This document shows, piece by piece, positions 10,387-19,625 of a stretch of DNA of 64,000 bases. Both the position numbers and the translations under genes were made by a program. The notes beneath the pieces are model-generated. The model did no database searches. It had not been told where the DNA came from and was given only the letters and a program-made list of their open reading frames with translations. Origin of the DNA: Minisyncoccia bacterium. Its GTDB lineage: Bacteria; Patescibacteriota; Minisyncoccia; SW-4-49-11. Location: NCBI GenBank assembly GCA_044356325.1, contig JBIKWJ010000004.1:402-64401 (forward strand), read 5' to 3'. Positions within the stretch are counted from its first letter, which is position 1. Each line of letters starts with the position of its first letter.

Positions 10387-10479
10387 ATATTTTAAGTGTA
10401 TTTTTTAGATTTTATACTAAATTTAGTATATCATATTCTATGTTTTTGTCTACGATGTATCTCATCTTAGTCATATTTA

Positions 10480-10911
10480 TCAAAATTTACCCGTACTCCC
10501 GAAACCACCTTCGCCACGAGATGAATCAATTAATGTATCAGTAAATTCAATATCACAATATTCCACTTCCTGTACTACTAACTGAGCACATTTTGCTCCT
10601 TTTTCTATTATTTGTATTGTATGAGATAGATTAATCAAAGATATTTTTATTTCTCCTATATAACCAGCATCAAAAACTCCTCCTAGACTTTTGAGCCCCT
10701 TATTAAAAGCAAGGCTCGACTTATCCCAAACCAAAGCTGCATATCCTACAGGTAAATTCATAGCAAGACCAGTCGGAATAATTTTCTGCTCCCCTGGTTG
10801 AAATACTATTTCTTCAAGAGTATACAAATCCATACCAGCATCTGTGGAGTGACCATAGCTTGGTAATTTTGCATCAGGGTTAAGTTGTTTGAATTGTAAT
10901 TTCATATACAC
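10480..10911 (-). CDS. dut: dUTP diphosphatase
   Basis: DAGMDL, KSSLA, GVFDAGYIGE, AQL and RGEGGFGSTG. Confidence 0.96.
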   Translation of the reverse strand: MYMKLQFKQLNPDAKLPSYGHSTDAGMDLYTLEEIVFQPGEQKIIPTGLAMNLPVGYAALVWDKSSLAFNKGLKSLGGVFDAGYIGEIKISLINLSHTIQIIEKGAKCAQLVVQEVEYCDIEFTDTLIDSSRGEGGFGSTGKF

Positions 10912-10956
10912 CAGTATAACAAATTATGCTATAATTAACAAAATAAATTTCCTTTT

Positions 10957-11382
10957 ATGCCTCAAATATTCCTCGCCAAAACCGAACCCTCAACTTTTTC
11001 TATTGATGATTTTGAAAAAGAGCATATTACACTTTGGGATGGAGTACATAATTATCAGGCTATTAATGTAATTAAAACTTGGCAGGTCGGAGATTATGTC
11101 TTAATTTATCATTCAGTCAAAGAACGCCGTATCGTAGGAATTGCTAAAGTAATAGAAGATCCCTATCTAAATCTAGCCGATAGCCGCTTTAGTTGGGCTG
11201 CAAAATTAGAATTTGTAACCAGATTCACCCCTGAAGAACAAATTAGCCTCGATACTATCAAACAATCCCATCTTTTTGATGATTTTCTTTTAGTAAAGCA
11301 TAGTCGCCTCTCTGTGATGCCTTGTCCAGATGATTTTGTTATTTGGCTACAAGAGCAAATACCTCGTATTATACTCACCTAA
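10957..11382 (+). CDS. EVE domain protein
   Basis: KTEP..FSIDD, WDGVHNYQA, GD..LIYHS and RLSVMP. Confidence 0.9.
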   Translation: MPQIFLAKTEPSTFSIDDFEKEHITLWDGVHNYQAINVIKTWQVGDYVLIYHSVKERRIVGIAKVIEDPYLNLADSRFSWAAKLEFVTRFTPEEQISLDTIKQSHLFDDFLLVKHSRLSVMPCPDDFVIWLQEQIPRIILT

Positions 11383-11383
11383 T

Positions 11384-12109
11384 ATGGATAATTTAATTCA
11401 TGAAATAGTTCTCAAAAGTCAAGAATTGGACCCAAAATTACAATCTCAATTCATTGATTTAGAGAATGCCATTATATCTCTTCCTGATAAATCTAAAAGT
11501 GTATCTATCTTAGATACCATTCATCAAATTCAGGCTATTAACCCGAAACTAACTATTATCCCCTACTATTCCCTCAGATTCCATCAAGCAAAAACTCTCG
11601 ATGAGACAGCGCAAGAATTTTTATCCTTATTAGAGCAATTAATACCTTTGCATATACCTAAAATATTACTTATTAGTGGGGTACCAAAATCAAAATATAC
11701 CACTCTTGATGTATTGTCATTTATACAAACCCATTATCAGGATACATATCCTCGTATTGCTATTGCCTATAATCCATTCCTCTCGGGTGAAGAATTAGAG
11801 CAAGAAAACAATCTCCTTATGAATAAAATTAAAACTGGACTTATATCTAGCGTATATTTACAAATCGGTATAGATATACCGACTATACAAAAGGCTGTCG
11901 CATTCATACAATCCTTACAAGCAGATATTACGATATATATTAGCCTTATGAATCCTACGCCCCTTCGCTTAGCTCAATTCAAATATCGCCCTTGGAAAGG
12001 GGTGATGGTATCTCAAGAATATTTAGCCTCTTCTCAAAGAGCACAAGAAATAAATCAAAGTTTATATCAGCTAGCTAAAGAGCTCAATATTGGAGTTATT
12101 CAAGGCTAA
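11384..12109 (+). CDS. Hypothetical protein, possible MTHFR-like FAD-linked oxidoreductase fold
   Basis: KILLISG, IAYNPF...E...L..KI..G.ISSVYLQIG weakly recall the MetF barrel. ATG at 11384 directly follows the EVE stop. Confidence 0.4.
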   Translation: MDNLIHEIVLKSQELDPKLQSQFIDLENAIISLPDKSKSVSILDTIHQIQAINPKLTIIPYYSLRFHQAKTLDETAQEFLSLLEQLIPLHIPKILLISGVPKSKYTTLDVLSFIQTHYQDTYPRIAIAYNPFLSGEELEQENNLLMNKIKTGLISSVYLQIGIDIPTIQKAVAFIQSLQADITIYISLMNPTPLRLAQFKYRPWKGVMVSQEYLASSQRAQEINQSLYQLAKELNIGVIQG

Positions 12110-12113
12110 TACC

Positions 12114-12539
12114 TTATACTTGATCCAAATATTGTCTATAGCCTTCACGCTCCATATCTTCTTTTGGGATAAAGCGTAGAGATGCTGAGTTGAGACAATA
12201 TCTCTTGCCTCCTTTATCTTGAGGACCATCATCGAATACATGTCCAAGATGAGAATTAGCTCCTTTGGATCTCACCTCAATTCTCGTTTGGAATAATTTA
12301 GTATCTTTTTTAGTAATAATTACATCATCTTTAATTGGTTTTGTATAAGATGGCCAGCCAGTACCTGAATTATATTTATCTCGAGAAGAGAATAAAGGCT
12401 CTCCAGAAACAATATCTACATAAATACCATCTCTTTTATTATTATAATATTCATTTTCAAATGGGGCTTCTGTACCATCCTCTTGAGTAACAGTATATTG
12501 TATTGGAGTTAGCTTGTCTTTCAAATCATCTGATGACAT
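12114..12539 (-). CDS. msrB: Peptide-methionine (R)-S-oxide reductase
   Basis: [23 protein letters not shown] and RYCLNSASL. Confidence 0.96.
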   Translation of the reverse strand: MSSDDLKDKLTPIQYTVTQEDGTEAPFENEYYNNKRDGIYVDIVSGEPLFSSRDKYNSGTGWPSYTKPIKDDVIITKKDTKLFQTRIEVRSKGANSHLGHVFDDGPQDKGGKRYCLNSASLRFIPKEDMEREGYRQYLDQV

Positions 12540-12689
12540 ATATTTTCTTTATCTTTATATACAGTATATAGGAGTACCCCTTATCATACAAGTTATATAT
12601 TCATTTATACTTATCCCCAATTTAATACTTGAAAAAATACATAAAATTATTTATACTGGAGGAGTACACCCTATCCCCCTCCCTCCACA

Positions 12690-12995
12690 ATGTGTGAACA
12701 TACTCGTCTAAGACAAATGGTCAAGAGGGCTTATGGGTATAGATGTCAACTATGTTTTAAGCAATTTCATAGCAAAGAACTGAGTGCCCATCACATTTTA
12801 CAAAAACAGCACGGAGGATTAACTATTTTTGATAATATGAAGCCTCTCTGCTTTGACGAATGTCATGCGAAAGTTCATGAAGGACCTATTACCCATAATG
12901 TCAGAGGAGGACTCCTTCTCATTATCCCAATGACTATTCAAATTCCTAAACTTACACTCATCAGGCAACCATCACTTGTATTAGCCGCCGCCTAG
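12690..12995 (+). CDS. Stand-alone HNH endonuclease
   Basis: RCQLC...HHI....HGG....DN...LC..CHAKVH. Confidence 0.85.
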   Translation: MCEHTRLRQMVKRAYGYRCQLCFKQFHSKELSAHHILQKQHGGLTIFDNMKPLCFDECHAKVHEGPITHNVRGGLLLIIPMTIQIPKLTLIRQPSLVLAAA

Positions 12996-12998
12996 ACA

Positions 12999-13547
12999 CT
13001 AAAGAGAAGTCAACCCTTCTCTTTTTTCTTTTTCCTCTTTTAATAAATTCCTTTTTATATGTACTCCCCAATGATAATTCCCAATTGCACCCTGTTTTGT
13101 AATAATACGATGACAAGGTATAAGTATAGCAATGGGATTTTTACCAATAGCGGTTCCGACAGCTCTAAAAGCTTTGGGGTTAAATATAGAGTCAGCAATA
13201 TCTGCATAATTACTTGTCTGACCTAGCGGAATAGATAATAATGCTTGCCAAACTTGCAATTGAAATTCTGTACCTTTTATATGAAGTATCAAAGGAGATT
13301 GATTTTGCCCCTTTATTCCATCAATTGCCTGTATATGAATATCTTTTGTCTCATTAATTAATTCCATACCCTTAAGTCTTTTTTGTAATTCGATATAACC
13401 TTCTTCCAGAGTAGTATGAAAACCAATATAACAAATACCTATAGGAGTAGATGCTATAATAATATTGCCATATGATATAGTATATATCTGATAATATATG
13501 GTATTTACACCTATATTTTGTAAAGAAGTAATTGTATATGTATTCAT
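12999..13547 (-). CDS. ogt: Methylated-DNA--protein-cysteine S-methyltransferase
   Basis: GTEFQ..VW, RAVGTA..KNP and the IPCHRI active site. Confidence 0.95.
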   Translation of the reverse strand: MNTYTITSLQNIGVNTIYYQIYTISYGNIIIASTPIGICYIGFHTTLEEGYIELQKRLKGMELINETKDIHIQAIDGIKGQNQSPLILHIKGTEFQLQVWQALLSIPLGQTSNYADIADSIFNPKAFRAVGTAIGKNPIAILIPCHRIITKQGAIGNYHWGVHIKRNLLKEEKEKREGLTSL

Positions 13548-13561
13548 ATATAGCTACTCTT

Positions 13562-14179
13562 TTATGACAATATGTTGATTTCTTTTAAAATAATATCTAC
13601 TCCGTCTTCAACGGTAAGAGTATCGGTATCAATTTCAATCGCATCATCAGCTTTTTTGAGAGGAGAATGCTCTCTCTCAATATCTTGACGGTCACGCTCC
13701 GCAATTGAGTATTTAATATGCTCCAAATCTGCCTCTATGCCGGCTTTTTGTAATTGTCTATAGCTTCGCTGAGCGCGTATATCGAGAGAGGCTGTAAAAT
13801 AAAATTTAAAGTCGGCTTCAGGGAATACCACTGTACCACTATCTCGTCCCTCCACTACAATATTTTTTCCCTTGGCAAATTCACGCTGAATATCTAAAAC
13901 TTTTTCTCTAATTTCTGGAATTTTTGCAATTCTTGCTACATTGTCTGAGACCTCTTGATTTTTGAGAACTGTATAATCAATACTATTATAATCCAAATCT
14001 TCAGCTAATTTTATCAAAATATCTGAGTCTCTAAGATTTAGATGTTTCTTGAGAGCATTATACGTAATCCATCGATACAAAGATCCAGAATTGAGATGAA
14101 AATATCCTAATCGTTTTGCCAGTGACTCAGCGGTACTTGTTTTTCCTGTTCCTCCTGTCCCATCGATTGTGATAATCAT
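13562..14179 (-). CDS. cmk: Cytidylate kinase
   Basis: ITIDG..GTGKTS, SGSLYR, VVEGRD.GTVVFP.A and RD..D..R..SPL. Confidence 0.93.
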   Translation of the reverse strand: MIITIDGTGGTGKTSTAESLAKRLGYFHLNSGSLYRWITYNALKKHLNLRDSDILIKLAEDLDYNSIDYTVLKNQEVSDNVARIAKIPEIREKVLDIQREFAKGKNIVVEGRDSGTVVFPEADFKFYFTASLDIRAQRSYRQLQKAGIEADLEHIKYSIAERDRQDIEREHSPLKKADDAIEIDTDTLTVEDGVDIILKEINILS

Positions 14180-14324
14180 ACTATCTCTATATTAATTTCT
14201 ACACATCTTATATAGAGTATCATAGGATAGATGAATTGTCTAAAGTTTGTATGAGATGAGGAGATCGTAGATAAAACAGATTACTATATATTACTAGCCT
14301 ACAAAACATAGCTTGATACAAAAA

Positions 14325-14430
14325 TTGTCCTCCTTTGCCTGTCTGCGGTAGGCAGGGCGGAGGTGGATAGAGTTTAAGTCTTTATCTTATCCACCCCCAC
14401 CTTTCAGGCTCCCCCCTCCTAAGGGGGACA
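14325..14430. repeat. Composite REP-like palindromic element 1
   Basis: GC-rich hairpin units TGTCCTCCTTTG...GGAGGTGGATA and TATCCACCCCC...CCCCTCCTAAGGGGGACA, with a nested CCTGTCTGCGGTAGGCAGG unit. Related units recur elsewhere in the window. Confidence 0.75.
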
Positions 14431-14446
14431 CCCCATGTTACATTCT

Positions 14447-15160
14447 CTACAAAGGCACTTCTATTACTATAAACTCAGCATTTTGAATTACCTTAATATG
14501 AATTTCCTCCTCAATATCCCATATACCAATTGCATCTCTTGTATCTAATTCTTGATTATTCACTCTAATTGCACCCGATATCACAAAAATATATATTCCA
14601 TTTCCCGTTTTTTTGAGACTATAGTCTAATTGCTTATTTTGCTCTACATAGGCTCTTTGAAACCAAGCATCCTGATATACTCCAATACCTTCTTCATGCG
14701 TTTCTATTGGGGATATAATCTGATGGAAAATATTAGGTGATTTGTATATATCAAAGTATCTCTGCTCATAGCGTGGTACTATATTCATTTTATTTGGGAT
14801 AACCCAAATTTGAAGAAGAGTTACTGGCTTATCACTATAAGCATTGAATTCACTATGGAATACCCCGCTACCCGCACTCATCACCTGTATATCCCCAGGC
14901 TTTGATACTGCAATATTACCCATATTATCTTTATGCTCTAATCCCCCTGACAAAGGTATCGTAATAATCTCCATATTATTATGAGGATGAGCTCCAAATC
15001 CCCTCCCTCCCGCTATACTGTCATCATTGAGTACTCGCAAAGCTCCAAATCCCATACGATTTTCGTCGTAATATTCTGCAAAGCTAAAACTATAATTGGT
15101 TTTAAGCCAATCATAATCAGCCTTGCCACGAGAATCGGATGTATATATTAGTGATTGCAT
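14447..15160 (-). CDS. Pirin family protein (YhhW-like)
   Basis: FGALRVLNDD, GFGAHPH.NMEI, H.D.MG and MSAGSGV.HSE. The likely start is Met7 of the listed ORF. Confidence 0.93.
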   Translation of the reverse strand: MQSLIYTSDSRGKADYDWLKTNYSFSFAEYYDENRMGFGALRVLNDDSIAGGRGFGAHPHNNMEIITIPLSGGLEHKDNMGNIAVSKPGDIQVMSAGSGVFHSEFNAYSDKPVTLLQIWVIPNKMNIVPRYEQRYFDIYKSPNIFHQIISPIETHEEGIGVYQDAWFQRAYVEQNKQLDYSLKKTGNGIYIFVISGAIRVNNQELDTRDAIGIWDIEEEIHIKVIQNAEFIVIEVPL

Positions 15161-15225
15161 ATATATTAAGTATATCATAAGAGAAAAAGAGAGATATCAT
15201 GGATACCCCCCTCAATAGGCTTTAG

Positions 15226-15498
15226 CTAACTCAGCCAAGATAAAATGTAGCTAGTCGTCATCAGAAGCAATGCCCTCTCATAAGACAAACTCCCCGGTAC
15301 TATACCTATACTGTTAAACCATAAAAATAAGCGCCTAAAACTTGATATATCTTCCTGCACGGGTCCTACTTGATACCCTGTGCCTGCAAGATAATTCATC
15401 AAAGAGATGAATATCACCTCCAGCTCATCACTCCAATCATCTTGCCTCCTGGCGAAATTTCTTGCTTTCTCAACAACTGCTTGTGCTGGCACTATCAT
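15226..15498 (-). CDS. Hypothetical orphan protein
   Basis: 90-aa ORF with its own TTGACA-17-TATTTT promoter. No family recognised. Confidence 0.5.
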   Translation of the reverse strand: MIVPAQAVVEKARNFARRQDDWSDELEVIFISLMNYLAGTGYQVGPVQEDISSFRRLFLWFNSIGIVPGSLSYERALLLMTTSYILSWLS

Positions 15499-15580
15499 GA
15501 TAGAATTGGGAAGAACACCCTATAAAAATACTCTATCATAGCTGCTTTGTCAATATGCATCAGCAAAGAAAAAGAGAGGC

Positions 15581-15976
15581 CTATGCAGCCCCTCTGTCGA
15601 TAATTTTTTGAGATAAAGGAATTGGTTGTGGATTGGCCAATAACTTTTCAGCCTCTGTGACATCTTGGCAATAATCACCCTCACATCTACATTGCTTATA
15701 CACATCTGTATGCTCTCGAGTAATTGTGCCATAACAATCTGTTTCCAATAAAGTGACAGCTTCATCAAAAGAAAGACATCCAGGCTGGGCAATAGCAAGA
15801 ATCTTATTGAGACCTACATAAGTGCGCATTGTATCAATGACTTTATATCGTCGTGTTGGTTTTTCAACTGCAAATACAACTAAGCTAGCAAATGCTTGAT
15901 GATGTGCTTCTGGACTATCAGGATAATTAGATTTCCCCCAAGCCAAAGCTTTTTCATGGGGTCCTGTTTCAGTCAT
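15581..15976 (-). CDS. Hypothetical orphan protein
   Basis: 131-aa ORF with its own TTGACA-17-TATTCT promoter and a hairpin/U-tract at its end. Confidence 0.55.
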   Translation of the reverse strand: MTETGPHEKALAWGKSNYPDSPEAHHQAFASLVVFAVEKPTRRYKVIDTMRTYVGLNKILAIAQPGCLSFDEAVTLLETDCYGTITREHTDVYKQCRCEGDYCQDVTEAEKLLANPQPIPLSQKIIDRGAA

Positions 15977-16088
15977 TGATTTGAATGCAACAACTTTTTA
16001 AGAATATCCTAATACCAAATTGATGTCAATTCTATATTGATCAATCGCTCAATATTATATATACTAATACTATATTTATATCTCATTT

Positions 16089-16376
16089 ATGAACGCAAAA
16101 ACAATAGCCCCAGGAGTAGTACATGATATCCCTGATGATTTGAGAGAATTATTATTGAGTAATAATACCTTGCTTGAAAAATGGAATAATCTCACTGACC
16201 TTGCCCGCAATGAATGGATTTGTTATGTTACCATAGTCAAAAAACCCGAGACCAGAGCCAATCATATCACTCGTCTATCTGAAGAATTACTTATGGGAGA
16301 AAAAAGACCCTGCTGCTGGCCAGGTTGCCCACATCGCAGAGAAAGTGCTAAAAAGTGGTTTAAGAATTTGGAGTAA
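16089..16376 (+). CDS. YdeI/OmpD-associated family protein
   Basis: IPDDL...L, W..LT..ARNEWIC.V...KK.ETR..., C-terminal RPCCWPGC.HR. Confidence 0.85.
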   Translation: MNAKTIAPGVVHDIPDDLRELLLSNNTLLEKWNNLTDLARNEWICYVTIVKKPETRANHITRLSEELLMGEKRPCCWPGCPHRRESAKKWFKNLE

Positions 16377-16378
16377 GA

Positions 16379-16690
16379 TTACTCCCTACTCCTCAATACA
16401 AAGCTAACAGTGACCGTATCCCCCACCTCAATAGATTCAGATTTTCTCAATTTAGCGGGTAATGGGATAAATTGTATTCCATCTCCCATAGGCATCAGAG
16501 ATGTATTCCAAGAGTATTTGCCCACTGTTGCAGTAATCGCTACCAGCCCTCTATCCGCAAAATATTTTGTCTCATCTGTAATCTCATGAGGCACTCGTAC
16601 ATATACCCAGGGATTTGCTAAATCAAAAATCTCAACTAACCCGGTAACAATAGTATTCTTTCCTGATTTTGTATAAGAAAGTTTGGACAT
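16379..16690 (-). CDS. DUF1905 family protein
   Basis: WVYVRVP, G.V.ITATVG..SWNTSLMP.GDG..FIPL..K.RK.E.I..GD.V. Confidence 0.8.
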   Translation of the reverse strand: MSKLSYTKSGKNTIVTGLVEIFDLANPWVYVRVPHEITDETKYFADRGLVAITATVGKYSWNTSLMPMGDGIQFIPLPAKLRKSESIEVGDTVTVSFVLRSRE

Positions 16691-16759
16691 ATATCTATCT
16701 ATTAATTGTCTATATATTAGTATATTCAAAAGATATACTTTATGCAAATGCAGTATTTG

Positions 16760-16868
16760 TTGTCCCTACCTATCGGCAGGCAGGCCCCTTTGGAGGGGGA
16801 AGCCTGGAAAGCGGGGGTGGATAAATTATAAACTTGAACCCTATCCTCCTCCACCGTCGCAAAGCGAG
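16760..16868. repeat. Composite REP-like palindromic element 2
   Basis: Near reverse complement of part of element 1 (CCCCTTTGGAGGGGGAAGCCTGGAAAGCGGGGGTGGATAA), with a nested CCTACCTATCGGCAGGCAGG unit. Confidence 0.75.
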
Positions 16869-16882
16869 ATATTTCATAATTC

Positions 16883-17278
16883 TTATCTATTCAAATAGGT
16901 TATACTCAATTGCAATATAGTCGCAAAGGAAACCCAGAGTAAATAAGGTATACTTGCATAAGTCACCCAGCGTAAATACGGCCAAATAGCAATCATCGCC
17001 CAGATGAGAGTAATCAATAATAGGATAATATCCAGAGAAGCTAATACATTATTCCTGAGCCCAAATTGCAATGGTGCAAAGGCAGCATTGAATACTAAAT
17101 TGAGTATAAAAGGTAAAGCTACTATCCATGGAATTTTCCCTATAGCCGCTTGATAGAATACCGTACCGAAACTGGCAAATATGATCAAATATAATATTGA
17201 CCATACCGATCCAAATAAATAGGATGGAGGAGCCCAGAAGGGTTTGATCAAATTCTCATACCAATTATAGGTGTTCAT
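16883..17278 (-). CDS. tspO: TspO/MBR tryptophan-rich sensory protein
   Basis: WY..L.KP.W.PP..LFG.VW..LY and PYL.WV.FAT.L. Confidence 0.92.
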   Translation of the reverse strand: MNTYNWYENLIKPFWAPPSYLFGSVWSILYLIIFASFGTVFYQAAIGKIPWIVALPFILNLVFNAAFAPLQFGLRNNVLASLDIILLLITLIWAMIAIWPYLRWVTYASIPYLLWVSFATILQLSITYLNR

Positions 17279-17336
17279 ATTTTTTATATTATATAGCTTA
17301 TTATAGCATAGAAAACTACTAAAGAGATATTGACAT

Positions 17337-17368
17337 TATACTACTATATAGTACTATATAGTAGTATA
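17337..17368. promoter_or_regulatory. 32-bp perfect palindrome overlapping a sigma70-type promoter
   Basis: TATACTACTATATAGTACTATATAGTAGTATA is self-complementary and lies just downstream of TTGACA at 17330-17335. Confidence 0.6.
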
Positions 17369-17424
17369 TTCTTACACTAAACCTAGTTAGGAATTGCACA
17401 TTCCCAACCCTACACGGAGGAACC

Positions 17425-18411
17425 ATGTCTATTCCAACCCCAATTTCTATCGCAAAAAATATATTCAGGTATGTTAAGGATAACCCAAATTTAGCTCTCA
17501 ATAACCAAGAAGAAGATATTCCTGATATCTGGACCTTTGATACAAAACACACGCCTATATCGACCTTAATGGACACTGGAGGTTATGGAATATTCACAGA
17601 AGTCTTTGACCGAACCAATATTATTCCCACAAGGTGGGTCAATTTTTCTCGACAATTCTACACTCCAGAAGCAAAACTATTAATAGCATTAGAACATGCC
17701 TGTGAAAACTCATCATGGCTAACATGGACCCCTGAGTTAATGCGTGATGACTTTGTGCTAAATGGCCACTGGTTTACCAAAAAACAACAACATGCAACCT
17801 ATGCTCATATTATCAAGCTCTTACGTCAAGGTCAATGTAATAATATTCAAATAGTACCTCCAACCAAGAGTTATAGAGATGCTCCTAATGCGTTTGGTGT
17901 GCAATTAAATGATGATGTGGTAGTTGATTTCCCTAGCGACTATGGGACACTGGTTCTGATGCGAAAAGAGCTGTATTACAGGATTACGTATACTGACAGA
18001 GATATTCCCCGGAACATACATGAATATCCATCTGATATCAAACCAAGATGTCAGATGATTGGTCGTACAAAGCAATTTGAAGGTAGAGAATTCAGAGGTA
18101 GAGAAGGGTCTTTGCTTAAAACATTATACCAATTACTGCCAGCCTTAAAAGCGCAAGATATAATCTATGTCCTATCAGAAGTGAATAGGGGTAAGACAAG
18201 ACCAAGATTTATTGGGCACATGAATGTCACAGCTCTGAATAAATCCCACGGGACATTAACAGGAGCGGTCCACTTAGATCAGATGTATATGACCTCCCGC
18301 AACTGCAGAGGCCTATCCGAGGAGGAGACTGATTCGTTGAGGAGAAGTAGTGGATCTTGGGAATCTTATTACTCACAAACTAAGGATGTTTGGGAAATAA
18401 TACAAACCTAG
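17425..18411 (+). CDS. Hypothetical orphan protein, possible C-terminal GNAT-like domain
   Basis: 328-aa ORF with a GGAGG RBS, its own promoter and a terminator. EFRGREGSLL...LKAQDIIYVLSEVN resembles GNAT motifs A/B. Confidence 0.55.
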   Translation: MSIPTPISIAKNIFRYVKDNPNLALNNQEEDIPDIWTFDTKHTPISTLMDTGGYGIFTEVFDRTNIIPTRWVNFSRQFYTPEAKLLIALEHACENSSWLTWTPELMRDDFVLNGHWFTKKQQHATYAHIIKLLRQGQCNNIQIVPPTKSYRDAPNAFGVQLNDDVVVDFPSDYGTLVLMRKELYYRITYTDRDIPRNIHEYPSDIKPRCQMIGRTKQFEGREFRGREGSLLKTLYQLLPALKAQDIIYVLSEVNRGKTRPRFIGHMNVTALNKSHGTLTGAVHLDQMYMTSRNCRGLSEEETDSLRRSSGSWESYYSQTKDVWEIIQT

Positions 18412-18434
18412 TCTCATCAGTTTTAATACCTCCG

Positions 18435-18467
18435 GCACCCAGAGACAAAATCAATGGGTGCTTTTTT
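18435..18467 (+). terminator. Intrinsic terminator
   Basis: GCACCCA...TGGGTGC followed by TTTTTT. Confidence 0.6.
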
Positions 18468-18574
18468 ATTTTAAAGATAGTTTTTGAGTATATTCAAAAC
18501 TACTCCCTACTATGATTTGACGATCAATCTTTTACTATTTGATTATACATTATCTTTAAGTTCATAAAATCTAT

Positions 18575-18964
18575 TTACCCTACCCTCGTACACAATTCCA
18601 CCAAGAATCCATTGATATCGCGGACATAGCCAACTATTTGACCCCAAGGTTTTTGAGCTGGTTCTTTGACTACCATTGCTCCTGCTTCAATAGCTTGTTT
18701 GAAGGTGCTATCAATATCATCAGTTACAAAGGTAATTTCAAAAGCTGGTGGTATTATGGATAAATCAGATTTATTGATCGCAATCCCATTATATTCAGCT
18801 ACGCTATAATCTGCGAATGCTAATGTAGTTCCTCCCGTTTCTAGCTCAGCATAATCTTTTTCAGGAGTTATGAGTTTTTGGCTAAATCCAAATGCTTTGA
18901 TATAAAAATCTATTGTCTCCTCAACATTGTCAACATATAAAATGGTATAGCTATAAGTTATCAT
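18575..18964 (-). CDS. VOC/glyoxalase family protein
   Basis: YTILYV..VE.T..FY..AFG and KPWGQ.V.YVRD.NG.LVE. Confidence 0.9.
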   Translation of the reverse strand: MITYSYTILYVDNVEETIDFYIKAFGFSQKLITPEKDYAELETGGTTLAFADYSVAEYNGIAINKSDLSIIPPAFEITFVTDDIDSTFKQAIEAGAMVVKEPAQKPWGQIVGYVRDINGFLVELCTRVG

Positions 18965-19012
18965 AGAACATTCTCTTTAGTGTATATTTCTATTATAGCA
19001 TAAACAGAGAAT

Positions 19013-19498
19013 TTATACTTTTTGCAAGAATAATTCAATATCTTCCTTGATATCCATAGGACTTGTCGTAGGAGCATATCGTTTAATCGTAAGTCCATCT
19101 GATGAGACCAAAAATTTGGTAAAATTCCACTTTATGGCATCACCCAAAAGACCAGCATGAGCATGCTCTTTGAGATAACTGAATACTGGATGAGTATTCT
19201 CTCCATTTACATCAATTTTCTCTGAAAGTAAAAAGGATACCCCATAATTGATCTGACATACATTTACTACGGTTTCATTGCTCTCAGGTTCTTGCCCAGC
19301 AAATTGATTACAAGGAAAACCAATCACTATCAAACCTTTATCTTTATACTCTTGATGTAGTTTCTCTAAATCAACAAATTGAGGAGCTAAACCACATTTA
19401 GTAGCGGTATTGACGAGTAATAAGACTTTACCCTGAAATTGTTGCATAGAAACGGTATTCCCCGCAGTATCGTTAAAGGAGAGATCATAGAATGACAT
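19013..19498 (-). CDS. gpx: Glutathione peroxidase (Cys-type)
   Basis: VNTATKCG, GFPCNQF..QE and IKWNFTKFL. Confidence 0.95.
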   Translation of the reverse strand: MSFYDLSFNDTAGNTVSMQQFQGKVLLLVNTATKCGLAPQFVDLEKLHQEYKDKGLIVIGFPCNQFAGQEPESNETVVNVCQINYGVSFLLSEKIDVNGENTHPVFSYLKEHAHAGLLGDAIKWNFTKFLVSSDGLTIKRYAPTTSPMDIKEDIELFLQKV

Positions 19499-19625
19499 AG
19501 TATTGAGTTTAGATATTATGATTGTTTATCACTCCTTCTAGTATACTCTTATTTTAATTGGAATGGAAATTATTTTATGTCGCATTTTCAGGCTTGCCGC
19601 CGCTTATTACAAATGAGAAATCAAT

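Noticed and set aside
15550-15798. 82-aa ORF overlapping the 131-aa orphan
   Set aside because: It is an alternate frame on the same strand and runs through the terminator and next promoter. The longer ORF fits the promoter better.
15226-15976. Integron cassette array
   Set aside because: No integron integrase or attC-like sites were recognised, and the genes have their own promoters.
16683-16898. Short ORFs across REP-like elements (also 28111-28317 and 53774-53968)
   Set aside because: They are chance read-through of GC-rich palindromic repeats.
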